NCBI GenBank assembly: GCA_015060255.1
Contig: SUYV01000003.1
Coordinates: 6,590 to 70,589, forward strand
Direction: 5' to 3'
Length of the DNA stretch: 64,000 nt
Source of the DNA: Bacteroidales bacterium
GTDB lineage: Bacteria; Bacteroidota; Bacteroidia; Bacteroidales; UBA932
The position numbers were made by a program, and so were the translations under genes. How positions within the stretch are numbered: position 1 is the stretch's first letter; each line of letters opens with the position of its first letter. The notes under the pieces were generated by a model, which was not told the DNA's origin, made no database searches, and saw only the letters and a program-made list of their open reading frames with translations. Shown piece after piece: positions 38,712-48,463 of the stretch.

Positions 38712-41530
38712 TATCTTCTCATTGGTGCGTTCATTCCGCCTCTGCCTCCTGTATTCATACCTCCCATATTCATACTGCCGGAGTTGCGGCTGGAGCCCCT
38801 GCCACCTCCCGTGGCTCCGGCTCCAGTAGAAACGCTTGATGTATTCTTCTTTCCTGATAAGACATAGAAAGGCCATGTGATTCCGAATTTGATCGCTCTT
38901 TGCGGAGCGATGTAACCTGCGGCTGTGAAGTAGTCCACAGACTTGTTCGGCCATCCCATGTTGAGGTTTATGGCCTTTACGAAAACACTGACTCTCTTCC
39001 ACTGTACATTGACAAATGCATCAATGTATGGACAGTTTCCGAACTTTTCTTCTGTCTGATTGTGGAACACTCCAAGCACCGGATTGTATGCTGGTGCATA
39101 CCATTTGGTGGTGAATGTTCCGTTTGCACCTATCTGCATCTTCATTACGTTCTTTACAACGTCGAACTGGAAATAATATCTCAGGTTGAGAGCAAGCAGC
39201 GGAAGCGGCATCACCTCTTTGTCTGAAGAGAACTGCAGCTTCGCATCATGCTCAAGATGGAATTTCCAGATCTTGAAATCCTTTTGCAGAGATGCTGAAA
39301 TGACACTCATCGGTGACGTGTTCTGTCTCGCGATACCGAGATTGTCATAATATATGTTATTGCTTAGCAACCCGTAACTGAATCCGGCCGACATCTTCCA
39401 CCTCGGGATGCTGAGGGCTGCCTCAAGCTTCGTGGTGGATATCTTTCCGAAATCATTGTCCCATCTGTAATGGTTTGTAAACAGATGCTGCTGATAATAG
39501 TCCGGCTCTTTCAGGCTTGTTTCAAAGTGTACATCAAGAGTAAGCGGACTCTTTCTGTCACGTCTGAACGGGTAAGCGCTGAATGACACATTCGCCTGGA
39601 TGCCGAAATCGTTTATTTCGTGTCCGAGGAATGTGTAATTACCTTTCGCATCCCATCTGAGATACTTCCGGTATTGTCCCTTCGCTCCTGCATAGAGGTA
39701 TACAGAGTTCTGCAGTATGTTCTGCTTGCCCTGGATATAGTCTGCCATGTTGAAGCTGTAATAGTTGAGGAGCTTGTCACCTAGACCGACGTCCAGCTTG
39801 GATACTATGGCGTCGTCCTTCCATGGCTGAAGCCTTATGAAGACCTTGTTCTCCAACCTCATCACCCTCAGCGAGTCGTGGCTTCTCGTAGGGTTGATAT
39901 AGAATCTGTCATTGAAGAATTCCCTGGCCCATGTGTCGTTTTCAGAGATCTCGTCCGTATAGGTCTTTCTTATTACACTATATTCGCTGCTGTGTCCGAT
40001 GAACGCTGTCGTAATGTCTGTCTTCAGAGTGTCTCCTTCTGTTTCTGATGCAGCAACAGCCGCTTCGGCTTCTTCCTGTGCAAGGAATGCTTCGATCGCT
40101 ATGGAATCTCCGCTTGCCATGATGCTGTCACGGACAAATGCCTTGCGTTTCTCTTCCTTCTTTCTGGCGCGGACGTCCTTGTCGAGGAATGACAGAGGGA
40201 TTCTATAGCTTTGATCGATGAATACGGTATTCTTCTTCAGGGCATTTGATGCATTCTTGAGGTACACTTCGATTTCTCGTGCGTCTACCGTCGTATCCCT
40301 GATCCATTGGAGTTCCCTGATACCTCCGTTTTCACTTTTTTCGATTCTGTTATAGATGAATCCCGCATGCATGAGGTATTTCTTTCCGGTATAATTGGTT
40401 GAAGCGAAGAACGTTCTGTTGTCTGTGTCCTCTCTTGCAAGCATACCGTTGCTTCCGAACCTGTGATACTGGAGGGTTATGTTCAGTTCGGGAGTTATGT
40501 TCTGTGTGGTAAGTATCCTGATGTTGGATTCCTCCTTCTCAGTATTTGCGAACAAAGTGCCGTAGTAGCATAATTCCGTGTATGGAGTCTTTGTGTTGAA
40601 CTGCGGCAGTGTCTGAGGAGAATAACTGTAAATCATGTACGGAGTGTAGAAGATGGCATTCTCTTCTTCCTCACGCTTGAAATAGTCGAACAGTTGTACA
40701 GGGGAACCGGATACACCCAGCCATGTTGCATTGACATCCTGATTATAGAAAGGATAATCATGGAAGTTGTAATTGAATGACGTGTCTCTGGACTTGTCCC
40801 TCAGGTCGACGATGTCGTGGAAATCCCTGTCATGAGTCCATGTGACAATCCTCTTGTAATGCATGGAATCCGGAAAGGCAAAAGTCTCAAGGATACGAGG
40901 AGTGTTTTGTATGATACTGTCCTTGTAAGCTCTGATGCTGTCTTTGACAGCCATCTTTCTGTTGGCCTCGGCGATGAGTGCAGGGAGTTTCTGCTCTGCG
41001 TCATATTTCTTGCGCTCCTTTCTTGTGAGGGAAGCGTACCATGCGTCGAACTTCGCCTTTGCGACTTCTGTCGAGTCCTTGATGTAGAGCGAGTCAAGCT
41101 TCATCAGCTCAAGTGTGTCGCCTGCCTGGATGAGCGAGTCGCGGACGATCTTTCTGGTGGTGGAGTCCTTGACCGCTATGTAGTATTTGAAGAAGAAAGG
41201 GTCCTTGAACTCAAGAGAGTCGGGGATCTTGATCGTATCTCTTGGCGAAAGTATCAGTGTGTCGACCTTGACGGAGTCTCTGTGCAGTGTGTCTGTCAGA
41301 AGTGAATCCAGAGCCAGTGTATCTGCAGGAATCGAGTCGAGGACGGCGCTGTCTGCAGCTGTCGTATCAAGGCTGACAGCCGTCGTGTCCGGTGTCATAC
41401 GGGTAAGTACAAGCGAGTCCGCCAGCCTTCTCAGACCGACGGCCCTGCCTGCATCAATGCCGAATGACTGCGCCGCAGCCACCATCACCAGCAGTGCCGG
41501 TACCCATATTCTAGACACGAATTTCTTCAT
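38711..41530 (-). CDS. Putative porin (Bacteroidetes outer-membrane beta-barrel)
   Basis: Signal peptide, FNTKTPYT, TQNI, amphipathic strands, and FGNCPYIDAF...KFGITWPF near the C-terminus. Confidence 0.8.
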   Translation of the reverse strand: MKKFVSRIWVPALLVMVAAAQSFGIDAGRAVGLRRLADSLVLTRMTPDTTAVSLDTTAADSAVLDSIPADTLALDSLLTDTLHRDSVKVDTLILSPRDTIKIPDSLEFKDPFFFKYYIAVKDSTTRKIVRDSLIQAGDTLELMKLDSLYIKDSTEVAKAKFDAWYASLTRKERKKYDAEQKLPALIAEANRKMAVKDSIRAYKDSIIQNTPRILETFAFPDSMHYKRIVTWTHDRDFHDIVDLRDKSRDTSFNYNFHDYPFYNQDVNATWLGVSGSPVQLFDYFKREEEENAIFYTPYMIYSYSPQTLPQFNTKTPYTELCYYGTLFANTEKEESNIRILTTQNITPELNITLQYHRFGSNGMLAREDTDNRTFFASTNYTGKKYLMHAGFIYNRIEKSENGGIRELQWIRDTTVDAREIEVYLKNASNALKKNTVFIDQSYRIPLSFLDKDVRARKKEEKRKAFVRDSIMASGDSIAIEAFLAQEEAEAAVAASETEGDTLKTDITTAFIGHSSEYSVIRKTYTDEISENDTWAREFFNDRFYINPTRSHDSLRVMRLENKVFIRLQPWKDDAIVSKLDVGLGDKLLNYYSFNMADYIQGKQNILQNSVYLYAGAKGQYRKYLRWDAKGNYTFLGHEINDFGIQANVSFSAYPFRRDRKSPLTLDVHFETSLKEPDYYQQHLFTNHYRWDNDFGKISTTKLEAALSIPRWKMSAGFSYGLLSNNIYYDNLGIARQNTSPMSVISASLQKDFKIWKFHLEHDAKLQFSSDKEVMPLPLLALNLRYYFQFDVVKNVMKMQIGANGTFTTKWYAPAYNPVLGVFHNQTEEKFGNCPYIDAFVNVQWKRVSVFVKAINLNMGWPNKSVDYFTAAGYIAPQRAIKFGITWPFYVLSGKKNTSSVSTGAGATGGGRGSSRNSGSMNMGGMNTGGRGGMNAPMRR

Positions 41531-41562
41531 AACAAGACGGCAAAGGTACGAATAATTATTTA

Positions 41563-42150
41563 TTATTCAATGCTTATGCCTTCCTGTGCCATTTCCTGGA
41601 GGGCCTTCAAGTGGCCGTCGTAATCTACATATGCTATGCAATCCTTCAGAAGATGGACATTGAATCCGGCCTTCAGAAGGTCTTCGCAGGTGTTCCTGAC
41701 GCAGTATTCCGTAGCGATGCCGGCAACAAAGACATCAGTGCAGTCAAGCAGTTCGAGCACCTCTCCGAGAGACTGCTCCGCGCAGTTGACTCCTTCAAAT
41801 CCGGAGTACTGCTCGACGTTCCTGTCGCAGCCTTTGTCGAAGGTCATCTCTTCCTTTGCATATGGAACCAGATCCTCGTGGATATCTCCTCCGCGGGTGC
41901 CTGCAACGCAGTGAGGCGGCCATATTCCGCCCTGCTCCTTGAATGAAGAGTGGTCAGCAGGGTGGTGGTCCCTGATGAAGAGAATAGGGAATGTATCAAG
42001 GATCTCATGATCCTCGCCACCCTGACCTTTGGTCTGCCTGTCGATGAATCTTATGGTCTCCTGGACGGCCTTGTCTGCATTCTGGCATGCGAGACTGCCG
42101 TCAATGAAGTCGTAGAGCATGTCCACGACAACTAATGCGCTGTTATTCAT
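41563..42150 (-). CDS. pncA: Nicotinamidase/pyrazinamidase
   Basis: VVDMLYDF, DHHP, WPPHCV and GIATEYCV; next to pncB. Confidence 0.9.
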   Translation of the reverse strand: MNNSALVVVDMLYDFIDGSLACQNADKAVQETIRFIDRQTKGQGGEDHEILDTFPILFIRDHHPADHSSFKEQGGIWPPHCVAGTRGGDIHEDLVPYAKEEMTFDKGCDRNVEQYSGFEGVNCAEQSLGEVLELLDCTDVFVAGIATEYCVRNTCEDLLKAGFNVHLLKDCIAYVDYDGHLKALQEMAQEGISIE

Positions 42151-43624
42151 AATCTCTAATCTCCTGTACGATCCTATTGATGATACCCATCTTGAGGTTG
42201 TAAAGATCATCCGAAATGTCCACCTTGTAGTAGTGCGGATTGATCAGTCTGCGCTCGCTCGGGCTGAAGTGCATCAATGTGCTGTTGTAATATGCCTTCT
42301 TCTCAGCAAGGGTGTGGGTAGGGACGCAGCGTCTGCCGTTCTCGATGACCTTGTGCTGGAGAGTCAGCGCCACATATCCTCCCGCCTCGAAGGTCTTTGT
42401 CTTGTAGCGGTCATACTCGTCGCAGACGGTGAAGGTCTCTCCGGCCTCGATCTTCCTGCTCAGTTCGTCTCCTCTGAGGCAGGTGACGTCCACTTTGTAT
42501 ATCTCTCCCTTTGACGGGTCGTTGATCATGATCCTGTATGTGATCTGGAATCCCGGATTGATGAGCTTTATCTTGTCCTCGGAACGCTTGAGTACGGCTT
42601 CTCCGCCGATCTCAACCAGTTTGTAGACATTGCCGAAGCAAGGGTTTGCCTTGCTGGTGGCAATGGCGTCTCCGACACCGTATGAATCTATGCATGCTCC
42701 CTGACGCTCCAGGTCTGTGATGAGGTATTCGTCCAGAGAGTTCGTGGCGAATATCTTGCAGTTCTTCAGGCCGTTCTCGTCAAGGATGGCGCGACACTCT
42801 ATCGAAAGATATGCAAGGTCTCCGCTGTCGAGCCTGACTCCGTATCCTGCGGCATAGCTGTCGTCTATGCCGTTGTCCCTGAATGCCTTGATGGCATTGC
42901 GCACGCCGCACTTGAGGGTGTCGTATGTGTCGATCAGGAGGATGAGAGGCTCGTTCCTATGAGTCTTGATGTATGTGTCGAAAGCGTTATATTCGCCCTT
43001 CACGCTGCATCCGAACGAGGTTACATAGCTGTGCGCCATGGTGCCTGTCGAGCCATAGTCGAACAGCACTCCGGTGAGGATGTTCGATGTGGCGGCGCAC
43101 CCTGCGATGATTGCGGCCTTTGCGCCGTAGGTCGCGGCCCATGGACCGTGCGCCCTGCGCGAACCGAACTCGCTGACCGGGCGGTTGGTGGCGCGGCATA
43201 CTCTCGAAGCCTTTGTCGCCACAGCCATCTGGTGGTTCATGATGCAGAGCATCGGTGTCTCCAGGACCTGTGCCTCGATGAGCGGTCCTTCTACTATGAT
43301 TATCGGCTGGTTGGGGAAGACGATTTCACCTTCACGCATCGCGTAGACGTTGCCTGTGAATTTCATTGCCGAGAGATATCCTCTGAATTCGGCATATTCT
43401 TCACCGGGAAGGAACTTCTCGAAGAATGCAGGATCCATGTTGCCGAGGTTCTGCACCATCTCGATGACCTCGTCCACACCGCTTACCACTGCCCAGTTGT
43501 TGTTTTCCGGAGCCTTTCTGTAGAAAAGGTTGAAGACAGCCTGCTGATCCTTCATGCCGCTGTCATAGAAGGATTTTCCCATTGTATATTGGTACTTGTC
43601 CGAGCAATATGCGTAATTGTGCAT
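42143..43624 (-). CDS. pncB: Nicotinate phosphoribosyltransferase
   Basis: DKYQYTM, EFGSRR, GTMAHS, LIDTYD and VRLDSGD. Confidence 0.94.
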   Translation of the reverse strand: MHNYAYCSDKYQYTMGKSFYDSGMKDQQAVFNLFYRKAPENNNWAVVSGVDEVIEMVQNLGNMDPAFFEKFLPGEEYAEFRGYLSAMKFTGNVYAMREGEIVFPNQPIIIVEGPLIEAQVLETPMLCIMNHQMAVATKASRVCRATNRPVSEFGSRRAHGPWAATYGAKAAIIAGCAATSNILTGVLFDYGSTGTMAHSYVTSFGCSVKGEYNAFDTYIKTHRNEPLILLIDTYDTLKCGVRNAIKAFRDNGIDDSYAAGYGVRLDSGDLAYLSIECRAILDENGLKNCKIFATNSLDEYLITDLERQGACIDSYGVGDAIATSKANPCFGNVYKLVEIGGEAVLKRSEDKIKLINPGFQITYRIMINDPSKGEIYKVDVTCLRGDELSRKIEAGETFTVCDEYDRYKTKTFEAGGYVALTLQHKVIENGRRCVPTHTLAEKKAYYNSTLMHFSPSERRLINPHYYKVDISDDLYNLKMGIINRIVQEIRDYE

Positions 43625-43703
43625 TACATTTATGTTTTAAATCCAACAAATTTAATCTTTTTTGTTCAACTATTTCGTAAATTCGCCAATAAATTGATTG
43701 TCA

Positions 43704-45086
43704 ATGGAGCGCTTAAGTATATTATACAAGTCGAAATACGGATGCATACCTGCTTCCGTAACCCCTCTGACCGGCTCCGCCAGCAACCGTCGCTACTTCA
43801 GGCTGGCCTCTGATGCCGGTGTCTGCATAGGCGTCATCGGAACCGATGTGAAGGAAAACAATGCCTTTGTTACGATAGCGCGCCACTTCCGTGCCAAAGG
43901 AATCAATGTGCCGGAGGTATATGCTGTAAGCGATGACATGTCAGCATATCTGCAGGAAGACCTTGGAGACGGCGTCCTGTTCGATATCAAGGATGAAACC
44001 TTGCTGTGCAAGACGATGTCAATGCTTCCGGCGATCCAGTACGAGGGAGCGGAAGGATTGGATTTCTCGGTGTGCTATCCTCAGCCTTCTTTCGACAGAA
44101 GGATGGTGATGTTCGACCTCAACTACTTCAAGTACTGTTTCCTCAAGCCATCAGGACTCGAGTTTGACGAGGTCCTGCTTCAGGATGATTTCGAAAGATT
44201 TGCAGATGCATTGCTCGAAGATGATACTGACACATTCCTGTATCGTGACTTCAATGCAAGGAACGTGATGGTATGTGGCGGAGAACCATATTTTATTGAT
44301 TTCCAGGGAGGAAGACGTGGCCCGATATACTATGATGTGGCATCTTTCGTATGGCAGGCAAGGGCAAAATACCCTTCGGCCATGAAGGAAAGAATGCTTG
44401 AAAGTTATCTTGAGGCATTGGCCGCATATCGTACGGTGGATCGCAATGCATTCATGTCAAGACTGGATCTCTTCATTCTCTTCCGCCTGCTTCAGGTGCT
44501 GGGTGCATATGGTTTCCGTGGCCTGATCGAACATAAGGCGAACTTTGTCACCAGCATTCCTGCCGCGATTTCCGAACTGAAGGCAATGACGGACAGATTC
44601 TCGTCGCTATATCCATACCTGACACAGACGCTGGAGAGGCTTTGCGCTCTTCCTCGTTTTGACGAGCTGCCTTCTGATGGAGTCTTGGAAGTGCGTGTGT
44701 TCAGTTTCTCGTTCAAGAAAGGCATCCCCCAGGACCCTACAGGTAACGGAGGAGGCTACGTCTTCGACTGCCGCTCAATCCATAATCCGGGACGCTACGA
44801 GCCTTACAAGAAGTTGACCGGGCGCGATGAACCGGTGATAAGGTTCCTGGAAGACGATGGGGAAGTGTTCGGTTTCCTTGAGCATGTCTACGGCGTGGTG
44901 GATCCGCATGTGGAGACATATGCCCGCCGCGGCTTCAGCAGTCTGATGGTCAGCTTCGGCTGCACAGGCGGCCAGCACCGCTCGGTCTACTGCGCCGAGC
45001 ACCTCGCTGCCCACCTCCGAGAGAAGTATCCGGAAATCCGTCTCCGCCTCATCCACAGAGAGCAGCGTATAGATACGACAATATAA
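43704..45086 (+). CDS. APH-family (AmgK-like) kinase fused to a RapZ C-terminal domain
   Basis: GSASNRRYFR, QEDLG, YRDFNARN and IDFQG, then FSFSFKKG, FDCR..NP and FGCTGGQHRSV. Confidence 0.85.
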   Translation: MERLSILYKSKYGCIPASVTPLTGSASNRRYFRLASDAGVCIGVIGTDVKENNAFVTIARHFRAKGINVPEVYAVSDDMSAYLQEDLGDGVLFDIKDETLLCKTMSMLPAIQYEGAEGLDFSVCYPQPSFDRRMVMFDLNYFKYCFLKPSGLEFDEVLLQDDFERFADALLEDDTDTFLYRDFNARNVMVCGGEPYFIDFQGGRRGPIYYDVASFVWQARAKYPSAMKERMLESYLEALAAYRTVDRNAFMSRLDLFILFRLLQVLGAYGFRGLIEHKANFVTSIPAAISELKAMTDRFSSLYPYLTQTLERLCALPRFDELPSDGVLEVRVFSFSFKKGIPQDPTGNGGGYVFDCRSIHNPGRYEPYKKLTGRDEPVIRFLEDDGEVFGFLEHVYGVVDPHVETYARRGFSSLMVSFGCTGGQHRSVYCAEHLAAHLREKYPEIRLRLIHREQRIDTTI

Positions 45087-45105
45087 AGGAATAAGGTTGG
45101 AAAAT

Positions 45106-45882
45106 ATGAAAGCCATGATTTTCGCTGCGGGGCTAGGCACCCGTCTGAAACCGATTACTGATACGCTTCCGAAGGCCCTTGTGCCTGTCGGAGGCAGACC
45201 TCTGATAGAGCATGTCGCCCGTAAGCTGAAAGCGTCGGGGATTGAAGAGGCGGTGGTGAATCTGCATCACTTTGCCGACAAGGTCGAGGCGTGGACAGGG
45301 GAGCAGGATATTATGAAGATGGAGGTGAGTGATGAGAGGAAGATGCTTCTTGAGACCGGAGGTGCGGTGCTTCATGCACGCAGGTATCTGGAGGGCTGCG
45401 GGCATTTTCTGATTCATAATGTGGACATAATGTCGAATGCCGACCTGAAGTGGTTCGAGACCCAGGTGCGTGAGGATGCGCTGGCGACGCTTCTGGTCAG
45501 CAACCGTCCTACGAAGAGGTTCCTGCTGTTTGAACCAGGCACCATGAGGCTCGTCGGATGGCATAATACTGATACCGGAGATTACAGTCTGGCGGACAAG
45601 TCTTTGAAGGTGGAGGATTGCCTGGCTTATGGTTTTTCGGGCATACATGTCATGTCAGACAAAGTGTTCGCCCTGATGGATGAATATGTCGCTGAGAGGG
45701 GGCTTACAGTGGATCCGGAAGCAGGAGTGAAGTTCCCGATCATGAGCTTTTATCTATGGGCGGCATTGAAAATGCCTATATATGGTGTCGTCGCGGAAAA
45801 CCTCGACTTCCTGGATGTCGGAAAACTCGATACTCTGGCCCAGGCTGAAGAAATGTTCAGGAATATGATTAAAACAGAATAG
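45106..45882 (+). CDS. MurU-like sugar-1-phosphate nucleotidyltransferase
   Basis: KAMIFAAGLGTRLKPIT, PKALV, LETGG and NVD; follows the AmgK-like kinase. Confidence 0.85.
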   Translation: MKAMIFAAGLGTRLKPITDTLPKALVPVGGRPLIEHVARKLKASGIEEAVVNLHHFADKVEAWTGEQDIMKMEVSDERKMLLETGGAVLHARRYLEGCGHFLIHNVDIMSNADLKWFETQVREDALATLLVSNRPTKRFLLFEPGTMRLVGWHNTDTGDYSLADKSLKVEDCLAYGFSGIHVMSDKVFALMDEYVAERGLTVDPEAGVKFPIMSFYLWAALKMPIYGVVAENLDFLDVGKLDTLAQAEEMFRNMIKTE

Positions 45883-45884
45883 AA

Positions 45885-46253
45885 ATGAAATTCATCGGAA
45901 ACATACTCTGGCTCCTCCTTGGAGGACTTATTGTGGCAGCATATTATTTTATCGTGGGACTTCTGTTCTGCATCACCATCATAGGCGCACCGTTCGGTTA
46001 CCAGCTCATCAAGATGGCCGGTTTCGCCCTCTGGCCTTTCGGCCGCGAAGTACGCTCTGCATCCAATGACGGCGGATGCCTGGCGATATTCATGAATATT
46101 CTATGGATTGTGCTTGGCGGAATAGAGATCGCCATGATTCATGTCACCTTCGGTATAGCATTGTGCTGCACGATAATAGGAATCCCATTCGGCGTGCAGC
46201 ACTTCAAGATGGCTATACTTGCTGTGGTTCCTTTCGGAAAGGAAATCATTTAA
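45885..46253 (+). CDS. yccF: YccF domain inner-membrane protein
   Basis: Duplicated NILW...TIIG.PFG...PFG repeats. Confidence 0.9.
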   Translation: MKFIGNILWLLLGGLIVAAYYFIVGLLFCITIIGAPFGYQLIKMAGFALWPFGREVRSASNDGGCLAIFMNILWIVLGGIEIAMIHVTFGIALCCTIIGIPFGVQHFKMAILAVVPFGKEII

Positions 46254-47145
46254 ATTCCTCGACGGCATCACATCCGCCAAGGTTGCCTTCCTTAAGCGGT
46301 ATGCTTCTGATGATCAGCAGACCGCTGGCCAGAGCGACTGCAAATGCGAGCAACATTGGTATATAAGCCCAAGGGCTCATTACCTCGGCGAAGAATTCTA
46401 CATCCTCAAGCCCAGGAATCCTGCTTATGATTACGGACAGGGTGTTGTTTACGCAATGCATGAGCATGGTGAGCTTGAGCGAGCCTGTCTTGTAGTAGAC
46501 GTATCCCAGGATTACTCCGATGATGAATGCGGGTATGGCCTGCCATAGGTTCATGTGGATCAGTCCGAATATAAGAGCAGAAATGGCGATCGCCCATCCT
46601 GGCTTTACCTTCTTGAGAAGTCCGCGGAGAATTATGCCTCGGCAGAGCCACTCTTCAAAGAACGGCGCGAAAACCGATACTGAAATCAGTACGATCCATA
46701 CCGGTCCCTCAAGGAGCTGCTCCATGGCGAGTTTCATCGCTTCCGACATATCTGGAAGCAGCATGCTTATAGGTTCTATCACAAAGGCTGCAGCAAGAGC
46801 CATCACGCTGACAATCAATGCCATGCTGAAACCGCTTCTTCCTCCGAAATTACTGCTGTCAAGTGCATATCCCGGCTCGAATCCCATATTTCTGCGGCTG
46901 ACGGCAGATGCGTAAAGCATTGCCGGAATGAACTGGACCGGATATATGATCACCATTCCATATGTCAGGGCAAAGTCCTGTGATATGCCCAGCGCGAGTC
47001 CGGCGCTTATCAGTCCTCCCAGGAATGTTCCTAAGAAGAACAGTATCACGAGCCATACCAGGTCTGAGAATCCCGGCATGAAATAATTATAAGTAGAGAA
47101 GAGGTCGTATGAACCTCTTCCCTGATGTCTTTTGAAAAATGCCAT
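46246..47145 (-). CDS. CPBP/Abi (CAAX) intramembrane metalloprotease
   Basis: APFFEEWLCRG, FGLIH and HCVNN motifs. Confidence 0.9.
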   Translation of the reverse strand: MAFFKRHQGRGSYDLFSTYNYFMPGFSDLVWLVILFFLGTFLGGLISAGLALGISQDFALTYGMVIIYPVQFIPAMLYASAVSRRNMGFEPGYALDSSNFGGRSGFSMALIVSVMALAAAFVIEPISMLLPDMSEAMKLAMEQLLEGPVWIVLISVSVFAPFFEEWLCRGIILRGLLKKVKPGWAIAISALIFGLIHMNLWQAIPAFIIGVILGYVYYKTGSLKLTMLMHCVNNTLSVIISRIPGLEDVEFFAEVMSPWAYIPMLLAFAVALASGLLIIRSIPLKEGNLGGCDAVEEFK

Positions 47146-47147
47146 TG

Positions 47148-48080
47148 CTATTTATATAAAGGTGTAGGATATATTCCCTGGTCTGCGAATTCCTGAAACT
47201 TGGCTACTACGCCCGGTCTGTCTTCCTTGAATGTCACTCCGAACCAGCGTGACGGTGTGGAGAGGAGTTCGCACTTTCCGAGGCCTTCCTTGATGATGCA
47301 GTCAATGGCGTAAGGGATGTAGAACTCAGCCTTGAGCTCGCCTATGTTCTTTTCGAGGAATCTGGTGAAGATCTCTTCGCTCTTTTCGAAGTAGTCAGGT
47401 GTGAATCCCCACATGTTCATTGAGCAGAGTGCCTTCGGAGCAAGCTCGACAGTCTCTCCTGTCACGCTGTTCTCGCCGTAGATCTTTCCGTCTTCTGCCA
47501 TCGCGATCTTGTGATGCTCGACCACATCGGTGAGTGAGCCTGCTGCGTCTGCGGTGCCGATTCCTCTTGAGACTCCGCCTGACTCAGAAAGGGTGTTGTC
47601 CAGCTCGAAACCTACGAGTGCATATTCGCAGGTCTTGCCTTCATGAGCCCTTAGCCAGTCTCCGAGGATCCTGAATGACTCCTTGCCATAGTAGTCGTCA
47701 CCATTGATGACTGCGAACGGCTCGTTGATCACATCTTTGCCCATGAGAACTGCGTGAGCGGTACCCCAAGGCTTTTCACGCTCAGGATTGAGGGTGAACT
47801 GTGACGGTATCTTGAAAAGTTCCTGAGTCACGAACTGGAACTCGAGAGGCTTGCCGTCAATGCATTTCACATTGCTGTATTTCTGCTTTACGACCTCTTC
47901 GATCTGCTCCTTGAAATATTCGCGTACAATATATACTACCTTCCCGAATCCGGCTTCAACTGCATCGTAGATGGAGTAGTCGATGATTGTTTCTCCACTA
48001 GGACCGAGGCCATCCATCTGCTTGAGTCCGCCATAGCGGCTGCCCATTCCGGCAGCGAGTACCAAAAGTGTAGGTTTCAT
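47148..48080 (-). CDS. Sugar-phosphate nucleotidyltransferase-like protein
   Basis: LAAGMGSRYGGLKQ, KPWGTAHA, INGDDYYG, SMNMWGF and WFGVT. Confidence 0.85.
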   Translation of the reverse strand: MKPTLLVLAAGMGSRYGGLKQMDGLGPSGETIIDYSIYDAVEAGFGKVVYIVREYFKEQIEEVVKQKYSNVKCIDGKPLEFQFVTQELFKIPSQFTLNPEREKPWGTAHAVLMGKDVINEPFAVINGDDYYGKESFRILGDWLRAHEGKTCEYALVGFELDNTLSESGGVSRGIGTADAAGSLTDVVEHHKIAMAEDGKIYGENSVTGETVELAPKALCSMNMWGFTPDYFEKSEEIFTRFLEKNIGELKAEFYIPYAIDCIIKEGLGKCELLSTPSRWFGVTFKEDRPGVVAKFQEFADQGIYPTPLYK

Positions 48081-48143
48081 GATGTCGTTGTTTGTTAAAA
48101 TTCCTCAAATTTAATTATTTTTGTCGATACAAAGTGAAGTATT

Positions 48144-48458
48144 ATGGGAATTTGGCAGAAAATAAAGGATATATTCAAGGGCGAGCATAGGAAGATGGCC
48201 TGGTTTGTGGCTGTGGTCCTGGTTTATTTTATCGGCTCATGGTTCATCGGCTCCGGCAATACTATAATTCACTGGATCAAGGCCAAGAGGGAGATAAATC
48301 GTCAGGAAGCCCAGATAGAAGAATACCGTCGCCAGATTGAGGAGATGGAAGGCAGTATCGATCAGCGTGAAACAGATATTGATACATTAGAAAAATTCGC
48401 CAGGGAGCAATATAACTTTGCAGCCCCTGGCGAAGATGTCTATATTATAGAGAATTAA
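48144..48458 (+). CDS. Septum formation initiator (FtsB/DivIC-like)
   Basis: TM helix, coiled coil and LEKFAREQY...PGEDVY. Confidence 0.85.
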   Translation: MGIWQKIKDIFKGEHRKMAWFVAVVLVYFIGSWFIGSGNTIIHWIKAKREINRQEAQIEEYRRQIEEMEGSIDQRETDIDTLEKFAREQYNFAAPGEDVYIIEN

Positions 48459-48463
48459 TTCTT

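Noticed and set aside
38712-39002. Apparent 97-aa N-terminal extension of the MltF-like ORF (likewise the extensions on gltX, NUDIX, pncA, tmk and TlpA)
   Set aside because: These overlap neighbouring genes or promoters, and downstream ATGs give normal N-termini.
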